Shown: positions 56,837 through 64,000 of the stretch, piece after piece | How positions within the stretch are numbered: position 1 is the stretch's first letter | Layout: each line of letters opens with the position of its first letter | From: Ruditapes philippinarum | Taxonomy: Eukaryota | DNA: 64,000 nt | NCBI RefSeq assembly: GCF_026571515.1 | Contig: NW_026864086.1 | Coordinates: 124,001 to 188,000, forward strand | Direction: 5' to 3' | Made by a program: the position numbers and the translations under genes | The notes under the pieces: generated by a model | The model's database searches: none | What the model was told of the DNA's origin: nothing | What the model saw: the letters and a program-made list of their open reading frames with translations, nothing else

Positions 56837-59800
56837 AATCTTATTTATTTTGTATTTATAACCGTGCATAGACATTGTTACAATATATGCCGATGAAATT
56901 GCCTTATGATATATATTTGAATACACCGTACACATAGCTAGTTGTAACAGAATTGTAAAAACGTACTGCTAATGTATGTGGTACGGTCAAGTACCACTTT
57001 TGAAAATTGTTTTCCATGTTAATGGCAATTGGAATACTCCGTTGACAATAGGAGACACCAAAATGACCCTGAGTCGACACCAGCCATGCATTATGCCGCT
57101 TTTGCAAAATGTGTTCCAAGTCTATGAGAGCTGTGTTACTTAGATAATAATGGAAAACACTAAGTAACCCTATCTCAACCTTTCGATGCATGCACAGGAA
57201 AACCTCAATCAAATCTTGAATTCCTAAATCTGTACTTCCACTATAAACTAACTAAAGTTTATTCAGCAAATATCTATTTCTCCTTTATTGTGATATTTTA
57301 GAACTGTTACGAGTCTTTGTCATATACTGTACAAGGTTGATAATAAAAGTATTAGTAAAAGTCTAAAAGTCCAAAACAGGGTAATTTTTTACCATAGAGA
57401 TAAGACGAACAAAACATACTTCTTTAGACTTTAATCAATTAAGGCTCCATTTAGTTCCGCCCATAGTTTCCTCGTTTAGGGTACACGCATTCTTTTACTT
57501 GGGGACCATACGTCGCTTTTCATGGAATGGCACAAGTGTCACATTGAAGGTTCCATGTAATTACCGTATGAACACATCTGCGGATGTCTCAAATTCAGAA
57601 TTTCACCATTACCATAATAAATTGTTGAATTCTCAATCAAAACGAGCCTGCAACATTTTCAGTTTTGCCATTTTGTGTTCTTTATTTCTCTCTATTTTTT
57701 TCCTGCTAATTTCCTATACATGCATTATTGTTAATGGTCTTTGACATTAAACACATAAAAACACAATGTCAAGTTATCATCTCGATGCCAGTACAATTAT
57801 TAGATTCTTGTTAATAAACTGTTAGTAATTGTCAACAACTCATACCACTTAATACACATCGATATAATCAAAATTCGTTTTTATGTTGATAGGACTCACA
57901 AAATAATTTTCAATACTTTTCGGTCAGGTAAAAATAGTCGAAATCTACATGTGGAGATTTCATTTTAAGAGTTCCTTGAATAGATTTGGAACATGAATTA
58001 GAATCTCGTGACCTAAGCAACAGTCTCGCTAAATCAATGATATGGAAAAATAAAAAAGACCAAATTTGACATTTTCTTATTTCGTTTTATTAGCCTTAGT
58101 CGTTTCACAAAAGTATAAAACTCATTTTGAGGTACTCCTATATTTGTTTGCTTACCAAAGACTTGCCAAATTCATTCCATCAAAATTCAAGACCCACACT
58201 AGCATATCAAACTTAAAATACATTCTGTTCTGGAGACATATCAATTTAGAATTTCAGTCCAATGTTTTATAGGTCGTTAACAAGAAGGTAGAGATACTCA
58301 TATCAAGAATAGAATTATCAGATGTAATAACACTTTATCATCTCACATTATAAAATTTTGAAGAGCGGTTTGAAGTATACAAAGTCTAGAGAGAGGTGTG
58401 TAGTTTATTCAACATCAAACTATGCCTGATTAATTACAATATTGCCTACAGCTACAAGATTAAAATCTTTATTAATGTAAAGAATCACTTATACGCCATA
58501 ACAGCATTACAGCATTTTCTCATTAACACGCTTTAAGTTCGAAGGCCATATGAACCTGCAACAAATTAACATGTGTAAGACTGTGTGTTAGAATTTGAAG
58601 AATAACAGAAGATTGTTCAGAAACTGGACTTGAACTGAAAATGGACTTGATTCTTATTAATCAAATAAGTTATAAACATAAAGTACATCTTAAAAACATA
58701 TTAAAGCAGAGTTTGTGTTCTGTTACTATTGCCAATTTTGTTTCAATGGCTCTTCAAGTTACCAATTGTCAATTAAGTTCAACCTTTTTGATATTATAAA
58801 GTTTCTGACGAAGAGTACTTCTACTGCTTAAAATAAAGGAGCAACTGACAATTTTCAGTTTTCGACCCAAAATATATAGCGAAACGGTGATTTTAAAAGT
58901 GCTAGTTATTTTTCTCGAAATGCCGAGAACTTGTTGTTTTTAATTCGACTGCCATGCAAAGCTTATCGTTTACAGTGATATTGAAAAGTAGAAACAATAT
59001 TTAAAGCGAGAAAATATCTAAAGTAGAAATTATTTGCAAAAATGAAAATTTGATGATTGCTGATCTTTTTTCAAGACATAATTCATCTCATTATTTTTAT
59101 CAAGTTTGAAATTGCAAAACAGCTGATCCCATTGAAGACTCGTATTAATCATATAAGTCATAAACAAAAAGCACATCTTACAAAATGTTAAAGCACTAAA
59201 ACAATAGCATATTTGCAAACTGGGGTTCTATCAAAACTTTAAAACCTTTTATTTCAAAACAATTAAATGTGCTAATGAGAATCAAATTGTATTTTATAAT
59301 TACGCATAATCCTTATAATTAGTTAAATACACGTGAACGTCTGGCAGATAGTTGTAAAACGAAAGTTAGGATTATATATAAAATTTGCAAAACACACCTG
59401 GTTGATTTACCTATTTATTACACACCTTCGGTGCGAGAAGACTCATTTTACAATGCTGTATACTAACTGCAAGAACTGCTTATCATTTTCAGTAGAGGTT
59501 ATCAAAATAAATCAAAGTTCTAAAGATAACATAGAACTAGATTATAACGAATTACCTTTATGTTATGTGTTTTATTGTCTTTTAGCGCGTCGATTTTCTT
59601 AAGACAAAATGTTTTTTTCAACTCTAAGAAATCACTAATACATTTATTGCTGAAAGTGAACGATGTGTTATTATACTAAGTAATTTTAATGAACACACAG
59701 CTGGTGCAAAATAGAGATACAATTTACAAATGAAATGACACTAGATTCAGACACATGTTTATTTTTATATACATGTAGTAAAATTATCTCACAAATCTAA

Positions 59801-61648
59801 GGTGTGCCGTTAATTTATGCGCATTTCAACTTTGAAATGGATATAATTTTCCGTCGGTAACTTTTTTGTAAACAAAATCAAGTTTTGCATTTTTTATTTC
59901 GTTTCTTTTGGACTTCGCTGTTTTTCCAATTCATTTTACAAAAATATAAGACCCATTTTCAGATACTCCTTTATTATTTTACTTGACTAAGACTTGTCAG
60001 ATTCATTCCATCAAAATTCAAGACCAATCCAAGCATGTCAAACTTAACATACATTCTGTGCTGAAGACATATCAATTTAGAATTTCAGTGCAATGTTTTA
60101 TAGGTCGTTAACAAGAAGGTAGAGCTACTCATATCAAGAATGAAATCTATCTTATGTAATAACACTTTATCATCTCACATTATAAAATTTTGAAGATTGT
60201 TTTGAAGAATACAGAGTCTAGAGAGGTGTGTAGTTTACTTATCATCAAACTATGCCTGATTAATGACAATATAGCCTACAGCTACAAGATTTAGATCTTT
60301 TTTAATGTAACGGATCACTTATACGCCATAACAGCATTGCAGCATTTCCTCGTTAACACGCTTTAAGTTCGAAGGCCATATGAACCTGCAATAAATTAAC
60401 ATGTGTAAGAATGTGTGTTTGATTTTTAAGAATAACGGAAGGTTGTTCAGAAACTGGACGTGTTCTGTGGATATTGCCAAAAAAATTGTCAATGGTTCTT
60501 TCTGATACCAATCGTCATTTAAGTTCAACCTTTTTCATATTATTAAGTTTCTGACGGAAGGCAGTTGGCTACTGCTTACTTTTGGCGCTAAGAATTTTCC
60601 TCGAAATGCCGAAAAGTTGGAGGTTAAACTTTATTCGACAAATGCCATGCAAACTTCAGCTTATAGTTCAAAGTGAAGTTGAAAATTATAAATTATCTAA
60701 AGCGAGAAAATATCTGAAGTTTAAACTATACCACAAAAATAAAAATTAGATGTCTGGTGACCCTTTTTCAAGACATTATTCTTATCAAGTTTGAATATGC
60801 TAAACAGCTGATCCCATTCAAGACTCTTACTAATCATATAAGTCATAAACATATAGCACATCTTACAAAAATGTTAAACCACTAAAACAATAGCATATTT
60901 GCAATCTGTGGTTCTATTTCAGAATAATCATCTTAACCATTTTTCAAAACAATTAAATGTGCTAATGAGAATCAAATTGTATTTTATAATTACCCATAAT
61001 CCTTATAATTAGTTAGATACATGTGAACGTCTGGCAGATAGTTGTAAAACTGAGGTTAGGCTTATATATAAAATTTGCAAAACGCACCTGGTGATTTACC
61101 TATTCAGTATTACACACCTCCGGTGCGCGAAAGAGAGTTCGAGGAGGCTCATCTTACACTTAAGAAATACTTATCAGTTTCAATAAAGTTTGTTAAAATA
61201 AATCAAATTTCTAAAGATAAATAAGATAACCTAGAACTAGATTAAAACTAACTAAGTACATTTATGTCTCTTTCTCTTTAAGCGCGCCTTTTTACTAGTC
61301 AAAATGATTAAATTCTAATTATAAGAAATCTTTTACACAGTAATTGCTGAAAGTGACCGATGTGTAATTTTACTCGGTGATTTTAATGAACACACAGCTT
61401 ATGCAAAAAGAGATGAAAACAATTTAGAAATGAAAATGACACTAGCTAGATTCAGACACTTGTCTAGTTTATATACAGTTAGTAAAATTATCTCACAAGT
61501 CTATGGTGTGCAGTTAATTTATGTGCATTACAACTGTGAAATAGATATCATCTGCCGTCTGTAACTTTACACTTTTTGACGAAATTGGACACATTTCAAA
61601 TGAACGTCGCCCTCTACGATATCCCTTTTCAAAGTGGTTTATGCTTAA

Positions 61649-62417
61649 GGTAGTACACCCCTAATGCACTGTCTCCACTTTGAAGAGTATTCAAATAGGC
61701 TGAGGGGGCGTGGGTTCAAACCCCAGAAGGGGCAATTTTTTTTCTTTCTTTTTTTTTCTTTTAACATTTTTTTTTATTAATCTCTCAGACCCCCTATGGA
61801 AGAAAAAAGTGTTTTATTTTAATTATATAATTATTGTAGGTATTTATTTACTAAATAATGTCAAATTTAATAGCAAATATGATACCAGATGTTTTCAAAG
61901 TTTAATTAAATAAAAACTACACGGTAAAAGTATTTTATATTTTGCAAGACCAACCAATATACATTAAAGAAAATTTAGGCAAACTTTGAAAATAGCCCCT
62001 CATTTCGGAAAATTTTAGGGATATTTTAAATAAGGCTTTTAACATAGGGAAATGGTCAAATTAGTGTTAAAAGTGGGTGGGGTAGGGTTACATTTTTATA
62101 CATATTAAAAACATTTCGTTTAAAAACAATAATTTTGCTTGTCTAATTTGTTACTTAAATGTCATTATTTATTTCTTAACAATGAGCAAAAGGAAAACAT
62201 TTTTCATAATGATGATATTATAGATTATTTAGAGTTTCCTCGTTTCTGAAAAAATCCCTTCTAATGGCAAAGTTTTAGTTCATAAAAATGTCCATAACTC
62301 ATAAACCACACGGTAAATTTTGTTTAAATTTTGCATACAGGTGAAATTTAAGGCATATAACTGTCCTATGTTGTCAAATTTACAATTCCTTATAGTGCCC
62401 ATTAGGGGTGTACTACC
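61649..62417. mobile_element. MITE with TTAA target duplication and GG/CC termini (Kolobok-like)
   Basis: ttaa|ggtagtacacccctaatg ... cattaggggtgtactacc|ttaa, a perfect 18-bp TIR. Confidence 0.85.
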
Positions 62418-62869
62418 TTAAAACATTCATATTTTGATACAATTACATTTATTACTACTCGTGATTGTCATTATTTGTTTTGTTGGATGATAGTACAATA
62501 GTAAGGAGGTACATATACTTTGTTAAAGTATTAACCGTCTGTATATGCAAGGAAAAACAATGAAAACAACAATGAAAACCTCTACAAAAATAAATAAATA
62601 AAAATAAAAAAACAACATCAACAACAACAACACACACGCACGCACGGACACAATCACACAAAATCAGATGAAAGTCTTGAGAGATTATGAAATTAATGAG
62701 CCGTCAAGGGGGGATTACAATATTATATAACAGAATTCATTTAGTTCTCCACAGCAAAAGGCCACCAATTGAGGAACGCGGGATTGGGGTATCGAATTTG
62801 AAATCCCTTGATTTACAGTCGTCAGACATTGCTTAAAATGGAACACCAACCAAATTCGTAGTATTAATA

Positions 62870-63580
62870 TTATGTAAATTACATATGGGTTTGTGGGTAA
62901 CAGTAAAAATATCATCCCGAGGAAAACACTGTTACCCGAGGCGTAGCAGTTTTAAGTGTACTTTAGGCCTACTTGAGAAGTTTTCTTTTTCTTTTATTCT
63001 TTAAGCAAGTGATGGTATCTACAAATCATAAACATACAATAAGCTAGGTTTTATTTACAAAACAAAACACTAACCCATTTACACGGTTATGATCTTCTGT
63101 TTCCAGAATATTCTTAGCATGGTTTTTGACAAAATATCGATGATATCCTATGTCTGTCCACCATATCTGTAACGTTTCACTGATTAAAATTGTAAAATAA
63201 TTCTTTGTTGCATGCTTAAATCGTCTGCATGTGCCAGTTTGACACATAATTATTTACATTGCAATTACTTCCGTTGAAAACGGATGGTCACTTTTTGACT
63301 ATTCAACAAAAAGATATTTTATACGCGAAAAGCACACCAGGTTGCAAACAACTAAATTTTATGAGTGTCATAGTTACTCCAGAGAAGAAATTGATGTCCT
63401 ATCGAGGTTTAATGTTGAAAATAAGAATGAATCGAGAAAAAAATGGCGGCCATTTTATTTCATTTTATTTAGAAAATAGACAACGTGACCAGTTTTTATA
63501 CTGTTAAAAAATACTGTTACCTATGTAACAGTACAAAATTCTTAGTCACGTGGTACTCTTGCATTAACAGTAAAAATAAC
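62870..63580. mobile_element. probable degenerate member of the CCGAGGCG hairpin element family
   Basis: gggtaacagt...actgttacccgaggcgtagc at about 62895-62947 with the right arm lost. Related ctgttacc...gtaacagt at about 63514-63531. Confidence 0.4.
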
Positions 63581-64000
63581 TCACAGAGGCCTATGGGAAA
63601 TTAGCATTACGAAAAAAGTGAGGGGTAATAAAAATAACTCACATAGATTTAATAAATATAAATAACTCACATAGATTTAATAAATACACTAGATAAAAAG
63701 AAGCAAATAGAATTATGTGTTTACGGTACTTTGCACAATCGCATAAAGAAATAAAGTGAATTTTGATAAGTTTGGTTATGAGGTAAATTAAACTCAAACA
63801 GTTGATGTTAAAAAGCATAATACCACTACACTACTTACGGTATTAAGTCGAGTATTACTTAAACAGATTTTTTTTAAGTTCAGCGTTGTTTTTTTCCTTC
63901 TTTTTACATGACGACGTCGATTTAGAGTATTTAAAGGTAGACACAGTATAAATCATCGTTTTCTGTTTTTTTGTTTCATTAAGGTTACTTCTTCTCAATA

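Larger units (their letters stand above)
34085..61560. repeat. segmental tandem array: units about 34085-42090, 42090-49160, 49160-59860, plus partial unit about 59915-61560
   Basis: Shared markers: tctaattatcaca at about 34099, 42097, 49167; cggtagatatga at about 37068, 44854, 54040; ataggtcgttaacaagaaggtag at about 40860, 47780, 58269, 60100; gagaatcaaattg at about 41688, 48767, 59277, 60967. Confidence 0.95.

Noticed and set aside
61695-61735. tRNA T-loop-like gtgggttcaaacccc
   Set aside because: No cloverleaf; it lies inside a MITE.

Overview
AT-rich (roughly 30% GC by eye) eukaryotic DNA, probably from an invertebrate; the repeat families resemble those of bivalve molluscs (inference). 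I found no intact full-length protein-coding gene, rRNA, tRNA or CRISPR array. The supplied ORFs are short and mostly chance or antisense frames. Recognisable content: an internally deleted mariner (7.1-7.8 kb), a decayed LINE (50.9-52.9 kb, minus strand), a Helentron/HINE-type element with internal satellites (55.3-56.8 kb), a TTAA-flanked Kolobok-like MITE, hairpin MITEs, several mini-satellites, and a 7-10 kb segmental tandem array of 3.5 units (34-61.5 kb). Three things are not explained by those features. (1) An 11-copy dispersed 100-250 nt element on both strands, whose stems show compensatory base changes; it is a candidate undescribed structured RNA. (2) Three paralogous 34-codon ATG...AAG|GT exon-like cassettes of identical length, conserved at protein level. 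(3) Hairpin elements whose internal sequence is the reverse complement of their own end-to-end junction, suggesting tyrosine-recombinase-type mobility. Scattered LRR-like peptide relics suggest a decayed receptor gene cluster, but this is low confidence.
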